Assembly: GCF_009834535.1 (NCBI RefSeq)
Contig: NC_045696.1
Location: 36,582,001 to 36,646,000 of the forward strand
DNA length: 64,000 nt
Origin: Camelus ferus
Lineage: Eukaryota
Direction: 5' to 3'
Position 1 is the first letter of the stretch; each line of letters begins with the position of its first letter. The notes under the pieces were generated by a model. The model saw only the letters and a program-made list of their open reading frames with translations, ran no database searches and had not been told where the DNA came from. Shown here one piece after another: positions 38,281-52,311 of this stretch. The position numbers and the translations under genes were made by a program.

Positions 38281-39099
38281 TCATCACACTACAAAGTGGA
38301 TAGTTTAGAACTGATTATCCCTATAGTTAACACTTCTATTCACAAGACTATTACTAGCAGTAAAATGTTTTTCTGACCTCTATTGTACAGATTTATAAGA
38401 TGATCCTGAGGAAAATGCCAGAAGACCCTTTTTCTCCTAGTGGCTAGTATGGGGAACTTTCCGCAAGTTACTGAATTCTCATTGTTCTAAGTTTTGACAA
38501 TGTGCATGCAAAGTATGCCTCTATAAAGGCACCAACGCATGCCTACTTAAGGTAGGTGCTGAATATTCTGTAATCAAGGCAAAATATTTCAGAAGTTTCA
38601 CATAACTCAAGATGTTAATATTAATAGGTCAACTTAGTGCCTCAAAAGAAAGGATCACACTTCACTCACTTCTCTCAAAAACAAACAAACAAACAAACAA
38701 ACAACTGGACCCCTGTCTTTGCTTTTAGGATTGGACTAGTTGTGATGTGCAAGGCATGAAAAGGTACTCACTCTAGTAATTTACTACACCTGGAGTTTTC
38801 CCCAAGGCCTAGAACCTATTAGTTCTAATTTCTTTAGAGAAGCTTTGGGGAATTAGCTTTGAATTAGGGTTCCTCCTGATCTCTCTAATGTAGATGAATC
38901 CTGGAATCTGATTTACACTTAGGAGGGTAATCCATAATACTAAATTATAGTCTGAACATTTATAGCAAAAATAGGCCTTTTGAACATTACTCCTGTTGAG
39001 TTCTTACCCTTGGGCTCTGGAATTGACATGAACTTCTGAAGGCATAGAATACTGTACTAAGAGTATAACCCACCTTTTATGGATGGACTGGTTGGCTCT

Positions 39100-39480
39100 T
39101 CCCAAGTTAAGTTCTTTGGAAGTAGATGCTTAGTTGGAATTTGTGTTACAAGTGTTTATTGGGGATCTATACTCATGCAAAAAAAGTGGAAGAATGGTGC
39201 AGAATGGAAAAGAGAAAGATGAACTTTGAGGTAGGGCTAACAAAGCTGCAGTCTGTCCAGTGAAGAGTTCTGGAGAGTGTAATTGCTCATGGGGGTGCTC
39301 CCTGCTGGGATGTTGGGCCACCATCTCCCCCATTGCTGGATGTGGGCTGTCTTAGGAGGATGTGTCCTTGAGCAAGATGGCTCTCTGTAGCTGACATGGA
39401 CAGGTTCTTGGAACTGGAATGTGCTGTCAGCTGGGGGCTGTCTGTTGACTCCATTCTCTGCAGCTGAACAAAAAGAGTCA
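39100..39480 (-). mobile_element. LTR16-type ERVL LTR
   Basis: agtgtttattgggg...ccttgagcaagatggctctctgtagctg...gctgtcagctg. Confidence 0.6.
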
Positions 39481-39639
39481 TGTGTCTAAGTCTATCATTC
39501 TTTTCTTTTATATAAACTTCTATAAATGAGATGTTCTTATTATTAGAAATTCTGCTAATCCTTTGCTATACCTTTCAGAAGTCAGAAGGGTTTATTGCTT
39601 AGAGTTTGAGGAGCTGACAATTTATACCATAAATTGTAG

Positions 39640-39810
39640 TACTTTAGAAGCAAAGTGATTATAGTCTTAGTATAACCTACTGATTTTACAGAGATGACAG
39701 TAAGGTCCATAGTGATTACATGGCTTGATCAACATTAAACATCTTGTTAGACTCAGGATAAGGATTAGACCCAAGAAGTCTTAGATTATGATCCAAACTG
39801 TACTCTGCCT
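39640..39810 (-). mobile_element. MIR fragment
   Basis: attttacagagatgacagtaagg...aggattagacccaag. Confidence 0.5.
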
Positions 39811-40743
39811 ATAATATCCTTATATTTTAAAACTACCCACCCTTTAAATTATTTATTTATTTTCCTTGGTATTTTGATCATAATCATGAACAAGAATTAG
39901 TGTACGAAGAAGTGATGCCCTTGGGTATTACCCACGTTGCTGTTTACTTCAGTGATGGAAGGAGTGGTGACCTCTAGAAAAGTAACAAAGAGATGCACAG
40001 GCTTGAAATATTCAGTTAAGGTGTTTCTTATCTGAAAATATCCTCTTAAATAAAACACCATTTCAGTAATTAGCACTCCAATGTACAAAAGGGCAACATT
40101 ACCAAAAGGAAATTACAAAACATTAAATTAACATATCAAAAGATCAAAAACTGTCCTTAAAAAGCATAGCCCTTAAAGACAGGCATAAATGATTAGCAAT
40201 GAGGTCACACTTAGGTTAATAGTGTATTTGGAGTACAGTTTGGGACTTTAACAAAAGATACATTTCTCAGGACTATGTTAAACAATCTTACTCAAATAGG
40301 AAGGAAATAAGAGTTTCTGTCACTAAACACTGCTTTCCTGCCCCACAATCTCCTTTTTCCACATGAATCAAGCCCTAAGGAAAAGCTAGTTCTGATAAAA
40401 TACCCTTGTCATTTTCAGTGCATGATAGTGCTATGTGATTTATTTGGGGGCACTCTACCTTTTTGATAAAATAATTCTCTTTGTTATTAAAAGTCAGAAG
40501 TTCGATCTTACATCTCAGGATCTGAGTGAAGAGAGGTCTCGGGCTCAAAGCAGCTCAGAGTTTAAGGTTAGAGTAATTGGGAAACTGAAGTTTCTGGACT
40601 TAAAGGAGTTCAGGCTTAGGCTCTAAGATTCTAGGACCTAGGTCTTGGGAGGATTGAAGAGGGTTTTGTGGACTGAAAGTAGAAGAATTTATCCCTGAAT
40701 GATGTGATCAAATATGTTTATTTGGGTTTTGGAGCATACTCTT

Positions 40744-40811
40744 TATAATAATTAGAAATACAAGTGGTATTTCTACCACTTTCTATAATAATTAGAAATA
40801 CAAGTGGTATT
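40744..40811. repeat. 28-bp exact direct duplication with 12-bp fold-back linker
   Basis: tataataattagaaatacaagtggtatt at 40744 and 40784. Confidence 0.95.
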
Positions 40812-41379
40812 GTTTGCTTATTTATTTTTTACTTATGGCATTAACAGAATATAGCTTTAAATACAAAGTTTGATCTAGATTTGTAAATTAAATTAATATA
40901 CATTTGAATAATCCTTTCGTAACTTCATACCTTGTAGGTTATTAAAATCATTCTTTTAAATGTGAAATCACTACACTTCTAGATCATTTTCAACAAGGAA
41001 TTCTAGGCATCTATGATAATGCACTCTATGCTGTTTATAAACATAAACATTCCTTGAACATTTTAGAATACTTGCCTGTCCCACAAAGTTTTCCTGGCAG
41101 TTCCTCCTTACCTAAGCCATCTACTGGACTCCATACCATGCCTCAGTTCTACCCTAATCCAGTGGATTAGGAGAGTTGCTCACTCAGCTATCAGTGTGCT
41201 TTGTAGTTCTTCATCCAAAGAATAGACTCAACTCTCAGTTACCAACAGTGAAAGCAGCAAATAGACTGCAGTTTTAACGAACAACTTATTAAGAACATGT
41301 GGATTTGGGGGAAAATTACAATAGATTAATTTACACCACTCAAGACCAAATCCAGGCCCATTTTTATTTATTTATATGT

Positions 41380-41600
41380 TTTTTAAGAAAGAAATGGAAA
41401 ATTTTATTCAAGCCAAATTGAGGATTATAACCTGTGAATAGCATCTCAGGAAGCTCCAAGAACTGTTCCACCCACTGGAAGTCAGGGCACAGTTATGTAA
41501 GGTTTTTGAGACGGAGGGCTGTACACTAAGAGAAACATTACTGAAAGTTTATACCATCCAGACCTAAGCATCATGGTGCAGGCCTGTCTTTAAGGTGCTT
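41380..41600 (-). mobile_element. ERV1 LTR fragment (artiodactyl-type)
   Basis: ttttattcaagccaaattgaggattataacc...ctcaggaagctccaagaactgttcc. Confidence 0.6.
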
Positions 41601-42762
41601 GTAAAATGTGTTTTCACCTTTTCTCTTGATAATATCATCTGGGAGCACCAGTTGACCTTCCTCCCTCCAAAAACTGTTTTCTCTACCATGTCTGTGCTAC
41701 CTTAATTTCAGGCTCCATCCAAACACAAGACTCCAAATGAAAAGAAAGCTCTATTGTTACTTTTAACTATGAGCTCCATCTCCCAAATCTTCTGCATCCT
41801 TGCACTGGCATCTTCCAAGTAATATTAAAAGCAATATTAATGATGGTATTCCCATTGATTTGAAGGAAATTCTACCTCTACTCACACGGTATAGCCTTGA
41901 ACTCTATTCACACACTAGAAATCTCTGCATCGATCCACTTTGAGTTAATCACTTTTAGGTAACATTACACTTACGATAACCGCAATCTGACTTACCTTCT
42001 GTTGTCAGATTCAGTTCAGTTCAACTCCATTTCACTTTGGTCATTTAGCTACCTGCAATCTTCCCCATATCAGCTCTGAATACCCTTCGAACTACCACTT
42101 AGACAAGTATGCAAATACATCTTTATGAACAGATAAGTTTTGTATGTATACGTATTTGTCAAAATGCTTACTACAAGAGCATTATTTCTCCCAACTAAGC
42201 AACACAGTTTTCAGAATCAGTACTCTGCTAAAATACATACCCTAGTGAAATGATCACACCACTACATTTTTTTAGTGTGAAGCATCTGCATTCATATTAT
42301 TTCACTTCATTCAGATCTCTTCCATAAACAGGGAAACAAAATAAAGCAAATACTACTTGCAGCTTTTAAATGGTAGCTTTTGTGGTCTGCTGACCAAAGG
42401 CTCATGAAAGTCTGTTTCCAGAATTCCTTGCTGCTCTAGTTGTCTACTTAGAGAACTCTCAAAAAGTATACATTAATATTTGGATGGTTAAAGCTTCTGT
42501 GGAAGCTACCCCTAAACTTGTGAATATTTCAAATACAGACTTTCAAGATACTCATTTCTACAGAACACAGCATTTTGGCCTCTTTAATGAAGTGGAAATG
42601 GGGAAAATATTTTTAAATTATTGTGGGATCCATGAAGTTTTATTTGCATTAAAATAACATTTCTACAGTCTTTTGCAGTTTATAGAGCAAGTGTCCACTA
42701 GATGGTTGATGTACAAGCATTTTAAACTGTAATTTTTAAAAATCAGTAGATTGTTAATCATA

Positions 42763-43270
42763 TGTATCCATTAATTTTTGCTTTGTAATAAAACATCTTA
42801 CAATTTAGTGGCTTAAAACACAGTAATTCACTTAACTTATGATTCTATGGGTTGGCAGTTTGTGCTGAGCTCAGCTGGGCGGTTCTACTAATGTGGTCAG
42901 GCTCATCTGATCTCTGCTTGGCTCGTATTTGTATCTGTAATCTGGATTAGTTGTTGGATTGCCTGGTCTAAGATAGCTTGGCTTGGGGCAGTTCATCTCT
43001 GGTCTATGTGGTTTTTCATCATCCATCAGGCTACTCTGGGCTTTTTCACTAGGTGATGATAGTGGGGTTTCCAAGAGTAGTAAGAGAACAACTCTCAATT
43101 CACAAGCATTTTTCAACCTTCTACTTGTATCTTGTTTGCTAACATCCCATTGGTCAAAACAAATCACATGGTTTAGCTCAGCACCAGAGTGACAGGGCAC
43201 TGAAAGTTATATGGCAAGCCATCAAAGGCAGAGAGAGGGGAATTTTTGTAATCAATGTAGTATAGTGTAC
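42763..43270 (-). mobile_element. MLT1 (MLT1H-like) LTR
   Basis: ttagtggcttaaaaca...gctcagctgggcggttct...catcccattggtcaaaacaaatcacatgg. Confidence 0.85.
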
Positions 43271-44115
43271 AACAATGCATTGCTTCATATGTAGGTTGAT
43301 GCTCACTGCTCACTACACCTAAATAATTGTGCATAAGTATTCTACCACAGTAAGGTGATAAATACTTCATTAAACCTTTTTGATTCAAAGTCCTTTTCTT
43401 CATTTAGTCACTTTCAGTGATTAAAACCCAACTGAAAATTCTCCTTGTGACTCTGGACTATGTATTTGTAGGAGAGCGTAGGAAAACACTGTATTTGCAC
43501 TCCCATACATACATATTCCATTCTTTATTACTGTGTTTTCTACTCAGAAACTGGTAATTGGGTGGATTAAAAAAACGGTACCTTAAAATGAATGTTCACC
43601 CACTATGTTGGCAAGAAAGAGCAGCTGGCGAGAGTTCTGCTCCATGCTGATAATGGTAATTTCCAAGTGTAAAACCTTCTAATAAAACTATTTGATAGCT
43701 TAACATCTTAGTATTTCTTCCTTTGTAGTGCTGCCAACAGTTGTCATAGACATTCTTTGAACACAAACATTTTCCATCCCAATATTTTTAACTTGGGCAA
43801 GATTTCATGTCATTTATATTCTTTTTCCAAATTAGTGATGATTTCTTAGTCTTGGAGGTTATTTGGAAGTACAATGTGATGATGTGATGATATGTTTCTA
43901 GAGAGATATAATCATCACATAAAAAAGAAAAATAATAACCTTACTCATGAAAATGATTTCCAGATATTTTGATAATTAAATTGCAGCAACCATGTAAAAG
44001 TTACAATAAGAAGAAACTTAATTCCTGTGACAAGATGACTTGCATTGCTGTTTAAATATGTATTAAATTCTGTTTATACATTAATATGCTATACTTTTAT
44101 TTGCTTTTATTTCAG

Positions 44116-44141
44116 TCTGCAAAAGATGACACAAAGTAAGA
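44116..44141 (+). other. Candidate microexon (20 or 26 nt) with tandem donors
   Basis: Long AG-free tract ending ttgcttttatttcag; donors gtaaga (44136) and gtaagt (44142). Confidence 0.4.
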
Positions 44142-44889
44142 GTAAGTTTTATCTTAACTTTTGTTAAAAGGAATTCTTAGTATTCTTTAAACAAACTGAA
44201 ATTAGAAGTGGAAATTATGTATATATATATGTGCATGTGTTTATATGTATTTGTGTATATATGTCTGTCTGTCTATCTGTCTATCTTTAGCAAGATTGGG
44301 AGGAAAGGCACATTGAACACTTTCTCAGTTTATCCTTCTATTTTCAGATGAACTGTATTTAAGTGAGGCGTTATTTACAGGATGTAATCTGATGAAGATT
44401 CATCCTATTTGTAAACAGCATGCCCAGGAGACTATAAGAAAACCTATGTGTAAAATAATTGAGAATATCAGAGTTCCAAGCTTGGTTATACTAAACTGTG
44501 ATGTAACATTTTTTTGCTCACTCATTTATTAAATATCAATGTTATGTGCCAGGCATTATGCTAAGTATGGATAAATCACACTGCTTGTCCAGGTAAGATG
44601 AGTGGCATGCTTAAGATAAGACTTCCAAACCGCTCTGCTTGCCTCCTTTAGAAAGGAAATAAGGACCATGTAGCAAAAAACAATGTTACTAACAAAGTGT
44701 GATTTTCAAAGAGAATTATAAATGTCTATTTTTAAACATTTTGTAATTTTAGGGACGTATATTGTGTATAGTGATGTATGTAACACTAAAGAATTATAAA
44801 ACCAAAGAGAAAAATGAGGTATTAGATTCCTTCTATGTCTTTTTGAAATTCAGGTATGTTTCCTCATTAATTATGATTGAAGTGCATTT

Positions 44890-45270
44890 TTTCACCCTTA
44901 AAACTTACGATGGCTTCCTATTGCCTTGGAATAAAGTCTTAAATGCTTACCAAATCAGTAAGGACTTTTATCTGATCTAATCTCAAACGTTCCATTTCCT
45001 TCTTCTACTACATCATTTTGCAAGCTCTAAACAGATTCATATTTACATTTTTCCTACATATTGTATGATTTATCACTCTTTAATTTTGTAGTGTTCTGCC
45101 CTTTGCATGGAATCTCTTCCTTCTAATTTTCCACCCATCTATCTCCTTTTTAGAATTAAAAGCATAGTTTGACTATCACCTGCTTAAAAATGTTTCGCTC
45201 AGTTCACATGTCATAAGAGCTTCTCTCATACAGTAGATATTTATTAAGTATTTGTTGAATAATTGAATTA
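44890..45270 (+). mobile_element. L2 fragment
   Basis: atggcttcctattgcc...ctttgcatggaat...aagtatttgttgaat. Confidence 0.55.
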
Positions 45271-46134
45271 TACCAAATATTTTACTTAGTACTTACTTAG
45301 TTTGAGGTTACATTATATATAACCATTGTATCTTTCTCTCATCCATAAGTTTGTAAATTCTATGAGAGATGGGACTATGTACTAATCAAGACCTAGTACA
45401 GTCTCCTCCTTCTAATACAAGGTTAAGAATAAATCAAATTCAGGGCAGTTTCTAAAATTGGAGTGTTGATAAACTGTTATCACATGACTAGAGAAAGGGA
45501 AAGGAATTTTGGAAGTCAGTGATAATGCCGTGGGCAGAAGGCATTCCACTCCATTAAGTTTACTGTTTCTTCAGTGGGAATACATTTCTGAGATGGCCTG
45601 GACCACCTTCTTCTTTGGGTCTCTGTTGAATTCTCCCTCTTCATCTGTGAAGTCTTCTTGTTTCAGATTAAACTGTGTTGCCACAGTTTTCCTCTTCTGC
45701 AAATATGGGTGATAGTATTTGTTTTGATGACCTCAGAGGCTTGCTATGAGGATCAAGTATAGTAGGATATTCACAGACATCTGTACACACAAAGCTGTAT
45801 TATCCCTAACCTCCTTAGAACTGGCTTTACATTTTCCCAAGGCCGTAGTAGGGAGCCAGGGTTTTGACATATTACAGAAAATTCTTACTTTTTCTAGGGG
45901 AGAAGAGGACTCTTCATAAAGGGTTCTCATCAATCTACTTAACTGGTTTCCTGACTTCTGTTTACTCTTTTTGATGCATCCTTCTTTTCTTCACAGAGAT
46001 GATCAACATTTGTAATGATAGATTTGCTTATTTACTTATTTTATATCTTAAAAGGCTGTAGATTTGATGAAAGTGTAAATTATCCATGACCTTACTACTA
46101 ATAAACAATATTTATAAATGCTCAATATATTCTT

Positions 46135-46797
46135 TTTTTAATTGAAGCATAGTCAGTTTACAGTATGTCAATTTCTGTGTACAGCATAATGTTTCAGTCC
46201 TACATACACATACATATATTTGTTTTCATATTCTTTTTCATTATAGGTTACTACAAGATTTTGAATATAGTTTCCTGTGCTCTACAGAAGAAACTTGTTG
46301 TTTATCTATTCTATATAGAGTAGTTAATATTTGCAAATCGTGAACTTCCAATTTATCCCTTCCCAACCTCTTTCCACCTGGTAGCCATAAGTTTGTTTAC
46401 TATGTCTGTTATTCTGTTTCTGTTTTGTAGATAAATTCATTACTGTCTTCTTTTTTATTTTTTTAGATTCCGCATATAAGTGATATCATAATTTTTCTTT
46501 CTCTTTCTGGCTTACTTCACTTAGAATGATGATATCCAGGTCCATCCATGTTTCTGCAAGTGGCATTATTTTATCCTTTTTTATGGCTGAGAAGTATTCC
46601 ATTGTATAAATATACTACAGCTTCTTTATCCAGTCATCTGTTGATGAACATTTAGGTTGTTTCCCTGTCTTGGCTATTGTAAATAGTGCTTCTGTGAACA
46701 TTGGGGTGCATGTATCTTTTCAAATTAGAGTTCTCTCTGAATATATACCCAGGAGTGGGATTGCTGGATCATATATGGTAAGTCTATTTTTAGTTTT
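46135..46797 (-). mobile_element. 5'-truncated young L1 with TSD
   Basis: T-run at left end; TSD caatatattctt (46123-46134) / caatacattctt (46798-46809). Confidence 0.93.
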
Positions 46798-46877
46798 CAA
46801 TACATTCTTACCAAAGGACAAAAGCAAACTAGGATCAGTAGGATTCCAATTTTAAAATGAAGAATCATATAACTTTC

Positions 46878-46968
46878 TAAAAATACTCATTCTGAATTCC
46901 AACCTGAAAGATTTTGATTTTGTGGTTTGGTCTGGGATCTAGGCATCTGCATTTTAACCCATCCTCTT
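46878..46968. mobile_element. MER5-type fragment
   Basis: ggtctgggatctaggcatctgcattttaac. Confidence 0.55.
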
Positions 46969-48749
46969 CCCTACATGATTCTGAATTGAATGATCCACAG
47001 TATTTCCTTGATAAATAATGACAGGGTGGTGCATTTCATGCATTTTGTATGGGAATCACTGCTGCCCTCAATGATTTGGGAAGAATTAGAGCTGACTTCT
47101 TGACACACCTGGAGGGGAACCCCTCTGGAAATGTACACTGTGAGAATGCAGATTATTCTTTCATTTTGTCTTGGAGCACGGCAATTACAATTAAGACTTT
47201 TGAAAGGATGGAAAATGAGGTTTCCTAAGGACACAATTTGGCAGACCATAGCAATGCTGTGTCTTTGGGCATTGGAGGCCTGCCAGAAGCACTTGCCCAG
47301 CGCTAATTACAGAGCACCTGAACTTTTATCCATCATCTGTTCTGCTGCACAGAAACTTGAACACTCCAATGAATGGTTTGCATTCTTCCCAGCAGCTCTG
47401 GGACAGGAGGAAAATCCTTTCATTTAATTAGGCTATTATTTTCCATTTTAAGCTTCAATGGAGATTCAGAAACAGGTGCCAATTTCTCTTCTGCCTCCGG
47501 GCCTAGAAACCAGAATGACTTCTACAGAGAAAAGAAACCAGATAAGGCCTCAGAAGCAATGCTATTAACTTGCCTCTACCTATGCAGTTTGGAAACAGAT
47601 GTTAATTACCAAACAGTGCAGCCCCAAACTGAAAACAGCTTAATCACTGCTCGGGCTTTTGTTGGTTGCCTGTTAATACTCTCTTCTGGTTCTTCTGTGT
47701 CTGGAAATCTCTATATGTTTCTAGATCTGTACATATATCCGTGTCTAGATCTATCCATACATATATCTATTTTAATCGTGGGGCTTGTTTACTTTTTAAA
47801 ATTACTGAAATCACCTCATTATAGATGGCACTTCTCAGGGCCTTTTGCTTTCGCAAGACCACACTCAGCACAGTCAGCCACAAGGAGCAGAGGCACTTGT
47901 CACCACTGACGTTGGATTGGTGAGGTTCCATCGCTTCTTGATACAACACAAGGCTCTATATCCCCACCTCCACCCAAGGTTTAAAAGAGTAATTTTACCA
48001 AGAAAGACAAAACAAATTAAAAGTTGAGGCATTTACCTGAATAATCCACTTCAAAATCCATTTTATTAAACAACAGGAAGAATTGTGTCTTTTAGAGTAT
48101 TTGCTGCATTGCTGTCTTTGAATAAGGAGCCTATTAGAAGAAACTTGAGACCTACAATTGGAGGCAGGAATAAGATATTTTGCGAGTTAGAAACATCACT
48201 GTCTGCTCTTTGCTTTGATTGTGACACTTGAGAATGGCTGAATGGGTTAATGGGCCATAAGACAATGAACTGCCAAGGGCAGTAAAAATCTGAAGCTGGG
48301 AGGTATTTAAAATACATGAGAAGTACAGAGCTGAGACTGACATCTTTGTCTAGAGGGTAAAGCAACTACAAAACCATAAGTGATTATTTTTGTGAGATGT
48401 CTTAAAGGCTCATGCAAGGATGGTTGGATTGACTTTCTCAGTGAGTAGATTCTTTGAGAGAGAATAAAATGGAACTTGATATATTATCAGGTTCCTTCAG
48501 GCCAGGAGAAGCAAAGTCAACTGTTTTCTTTTGGCTCAAATAATTCTCCCTGACTGTCCAAAATCTGGAGGAGTAAACTCAAATTCCTATGGGGGCTAGG
48601 AATGTAAAATATAAATAAACAAAGTGGCCTGAATAGAAGAAATATTTCTGGAAGTATTTGCCCTTTTCGACTAATTTTTATTTTCTTAATTTTGCTGGAA
48701 ATCTGGATACAAAAATATTTCACATTCTTATAATTTACAATTAGGAAAG

Positions 48750-48995
48750 AAACAGTCTGGGTGAGAGGATGGGTGGGAGTGAGATGTACTGCCTTAGGGC
48801 AGGGGGCCCCAGCAGACAGAGGTGGGGCCTGGAGCTCCCGCACCCCCTCTAAAAGGGGCAGTCACTCTGCGGCCTCATGAGACGTTGGGGGAATGTGGGC
48901 ACAGACCTGCCAGTTACTCTGTTTTCAAGAGAAACTGGAGCATCAAATTTTTAGATGGAAACTTCCGATTTTTAACTTGTGGCTACTATTTCAAC
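48750..48995. mobile_element. MER102-like hAT fragment
   Basis: ttttcaagagaaactggagcatcaaatttttagatggaaacttccgatttttaacttgtggc. Confidence 0.6.
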
Positions 48996-50159
48996 TTTTT
49001 ATTCAGTCTTTTCCCAATATAGATATTCCTCAATTCAACAGTTTCGTAACTATCTCAGCACCCTTTGTTCTTAGCCCAGAGCAAACTTCCTAGAGGCAGA
49101 GTGGGGTGTGATTTATGTCGCCCTAAGCCCCGGAAGATAGCTCCTTAGTGAATTGATAAACAACTCTTTTTTAACCTAGAGCTTAACTGATCATTTTTCC
49201 TTCGCCATTGGTTTTTGAAAATTCTCATTAAATGCATCATCATAGGAATGTAAGAACCATATCAGTAAGGCTCATTGTGAAATAGATTTCAGCATCCAGA
49301 TGTCAAATCTGTCCTGAAGATAGAAAATGTATGTGACAATAAATGATCACTATACATGCCCAGCAATACTGTTTAGAAAAGGGTTCTGCTTTGGTGACAG
49401 ATGTTTCAGGAATATTTGGAATAATTTCAACCCTGTAATTATGGAGAAAAATAGTAATTATAAGGATGATAAACTTTTACTAAGCCACCACTTATAGATA
49501 TGAAGGGACCATGTATAAATAAAACACGGAACAAACCAAAAAACCCAACCAATCTCACAAGTGTTTTCAAAAAGAAAAAAAAAAAGGTAAGATAGCAATG
49601 GGGTAAGCCAAGGTATTATAGTTCTAAAGGAAATTCAGGTGTTGTAACCAAGGGCTACGCATTATAGTGAAAATGTGTAATCTTGGGGAACTCAGAATTA
49701 AAAACAATCATATATAATGGGTATTTCAGGAAGCTCTCAAATAGCTTTTGCATCTGTTCTGAGATTTTAAAGATACTTTTAAATTTTAATAGCCTCTCTG
49801 AGGGAGAGTAAGTTTTCATATTCTGGGGTCACTTTCCTGTGTTTAGGGCATTAATTTGTTTTTTTCTGTCATAATAAGAACATTCAATAATGGCAAAGCA
49901 GTTTTAGAGTGTGAATCTTACTTTACAGCACATCCTCAACTTAGGTTAATATGGAGCGTTCCTAAAGTGATGATGCTTTCAGGAATTGTTAAAATCCATG
50001 CATCTTCTAGGCTCAAAAATATGATTGTCATTTGATTTAGTGGAACATTTAATCATTTTCACCTGCTCAGTCATCTCTCCATCTAATCAGATGAAGTAGC
50101 CAATCCATCGTCACACATCTGAATTCTTTCTGTAAGTCTGATCATGAATTCCCCACATT

Positions 50160-50570
50160 CCAGTCATCTGTGGCTGCACACAAACTACCCCAACCAACCC
50201 TCGTGGCTTAAAACAACAACAGTTACTTACTTTCCTCATAAATCTGCAGTTTATTGCTCATCTCTGCTCCATGCAGGGTCGCTGGGAGGCTTAGATGGAG
50301 GCTGAGAGTTCACTTTCAAGTGGCTCCTTTGCATGGTTGGGAAATTGGTGTTGGTCGTTGGCTGGAAGCCCAGACTGGGCTTCTCTCCACAGGACTGTGA
50401 GTTTCCTTACAGCGTGGTGGCTGTGTTCTGGGAGCAAGCAGAAACAGGGAGTGCAAGCTGCTAACTTCTTAAAGACCAGGCCTGGAAGCCTGCAAAGCAT
50501 CAACTTCCATCATACTCTGTTGGTCATGTGATCATGGAATCTGTCCAGATTCGACGGGAGGTGACCATCC
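50160..50570 (-). mobile_element. MLT1-type LTR
   Basis: gtggcttaaaacaacaac...tttcaagtggctc...catcaacttccatcatactctgttggtca. Confidence 0.8.
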
Positions 50571-51039
50571 CTCACCATCTCTACTCTTCTACCCCCAACT
50601 CTAACCACTTCACATGCCTGGATTTCAGCTACATCAAACAAATGAGTATCAACCATCATTTTTTGTGGTTGCTGTTCTTAAATATTATCTTTCTGGACTG
50701 TCCCTTTCTGGCTGTGTACCAAAAATACCACAGGGTAAATGTGTAATTATCTTTCATGAGTTAGCGAAAGCATCCTTTCCTCTTTGAAGACTTTCCTAAC
50801 TCCCCTTAGGAAGTAAGTAATGTTAAGGACACTTTTCTCAGTGCTTATACACTATATTGTCATTGAGTATAATTTTTCTTGTTCACTTTTAGCATAATAC
50901 TTAATATACCATAAGAACTTAATAATTCAGCATAATTCCTAAATGCATAGTGAGAATTTAGTAATTCTCTGTTAATGCATCAATTTTGAGAATTACAGAG
51001 TGGTTTATTGAGAGACTGAGTCTGTTGTAAACCTGGAAT

Positions 51040-51240
51040 CTAGTTCTCTTGCCAACACTGATGAATGTATCTGTGTCAGTTTGGTCAAGCCACCTAAGCT
51101 CTTATAGCTTCTCTTAGCCTGAGTGTCTTCGTTCCTCAAAAGAGGTAACAGTGCTGGTTCTACAACCTCACAGTGGCACAAAAAAATAAATAAAAATTGC
51201 ATGTAATATCACTTTAAATATGTAGAATGCTACCAAAATG
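51040..51240 (+). mobile_element. MIR SINE
   Basis: tttggtcaagccacctaagctc...ctacaacctcacagtgg...gcatgtaa. Confidence 0.55.
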
Positions 51241-51399
51241 CACATTAAAAAATCAAGCAAGTATTATCAAATGCCTACAGGTAATGTTTGGAAGAATTGA
51301 GCCAAACAAATAAAGATGACTTCAGCATTTCACTTTGTCTATAAGGTTATTAATTTAAGAGTGGTTTTTTTTGCAAACAGCTATGGTGCTGAGTGAATT

Positions 51400-51820
51400 T
51401 TTCTTTTTTCCTTCAGCTTTATTGAGATAAAATTGACATATGGCATTTTGTAAGTTTAGGGTATACAGCATGGTGATTTCATATGCGTATATGTTGTGAA
51501 ATGGTGACCATATAAGGTTAGTTAACACATCCTTCATCTAACATAATTACGATTTTTTGTGTGTGATAATAACACTTATGATCTACTTAAATGTAGCAGT
51601 GTTCAAGTGTACGATACAGTATTGTTAACTATAGTCACCACACTGTACCTTAGATCCCCAGAATGTATTCATCTCCTAGCTGGAAGTTGTGCTCTCTGAC
51701 CCTATTTCCCTACTCCCCAGCCCTTGGAGACTACATTCTGCTCTCTATTTCTATGAATTCAGCCTTTTCAGATTCCATACGTAAGAACACACAGTATTTG
51801 TTTTTTTCTGTCTGACTAAC
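51400..51820 (-). mobile_element. Older L1 3' end (L1MA9-like)
   Basis: cagctttattgagataaaattgacat...ttaactatagtcaccacactgtac. Confidence 0.85.
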
Positions 51821-52311
51821 AAAATGAACACCTTGGAAGTTATCATCCATAGAAAGCTAATTCTCTTCTTATAGAATGCCTTATCAGACAAAAGTGTCAA
51901 GTGTTGCCCTGATCAGAAGCATTATTCAAGGAGAGAAATCTTCATATTGTTTCAACCTCTGTTTTATTGAGGTTATGACATTAAAAAAAAACTCCTCAAG
52001 GAAGCAAACCTTTGGACATGTGATTAAAATCCAGATCCTTTGAAATGTGCCCTATTGTACAGTTACCATAAGACAGCAGGGCATGCTGTGCTTTTGTAAG
52101 TCACCTGTAGTGAGTTGCAAACATTTGTAAGAAAAAATCAGTTTTGCCAGTGCTGAAGGATTCAGAGAAAGTATTTTACCTTAAATTTGTCATGTAGTTA
52201 GAAAAATATACTTGAAAATATCCGTTCCTTATGTGATGGCCCTTCTGGTAACAGTGAATGTGAAGGCCAGTTTTCTTAGTCTAAAATGATTTTGCTTCAT
52301 TTGAAAGTTCT

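Noticed and set aside
40744..40811. CRISPR-like repeat-spacer-repeat
   Set aside because: Only two copies, 12-bp self-templated linker, mammalian context
41990..42125. Minus-strand donor AAG|gtaagt with upstream exon-like segment
   Set aside because: No convincing acceptor or reading frame; isolated
47373..47909. 178-aa ORF
   Set aside because: No recognisable domain, runs through low-complexity TCTA-like sequence; compatible with chance
48760..48910. GC-rich patch as promoter or CpG island
   Set aside because: Too short, few CpGs, explained by a MER102-like element
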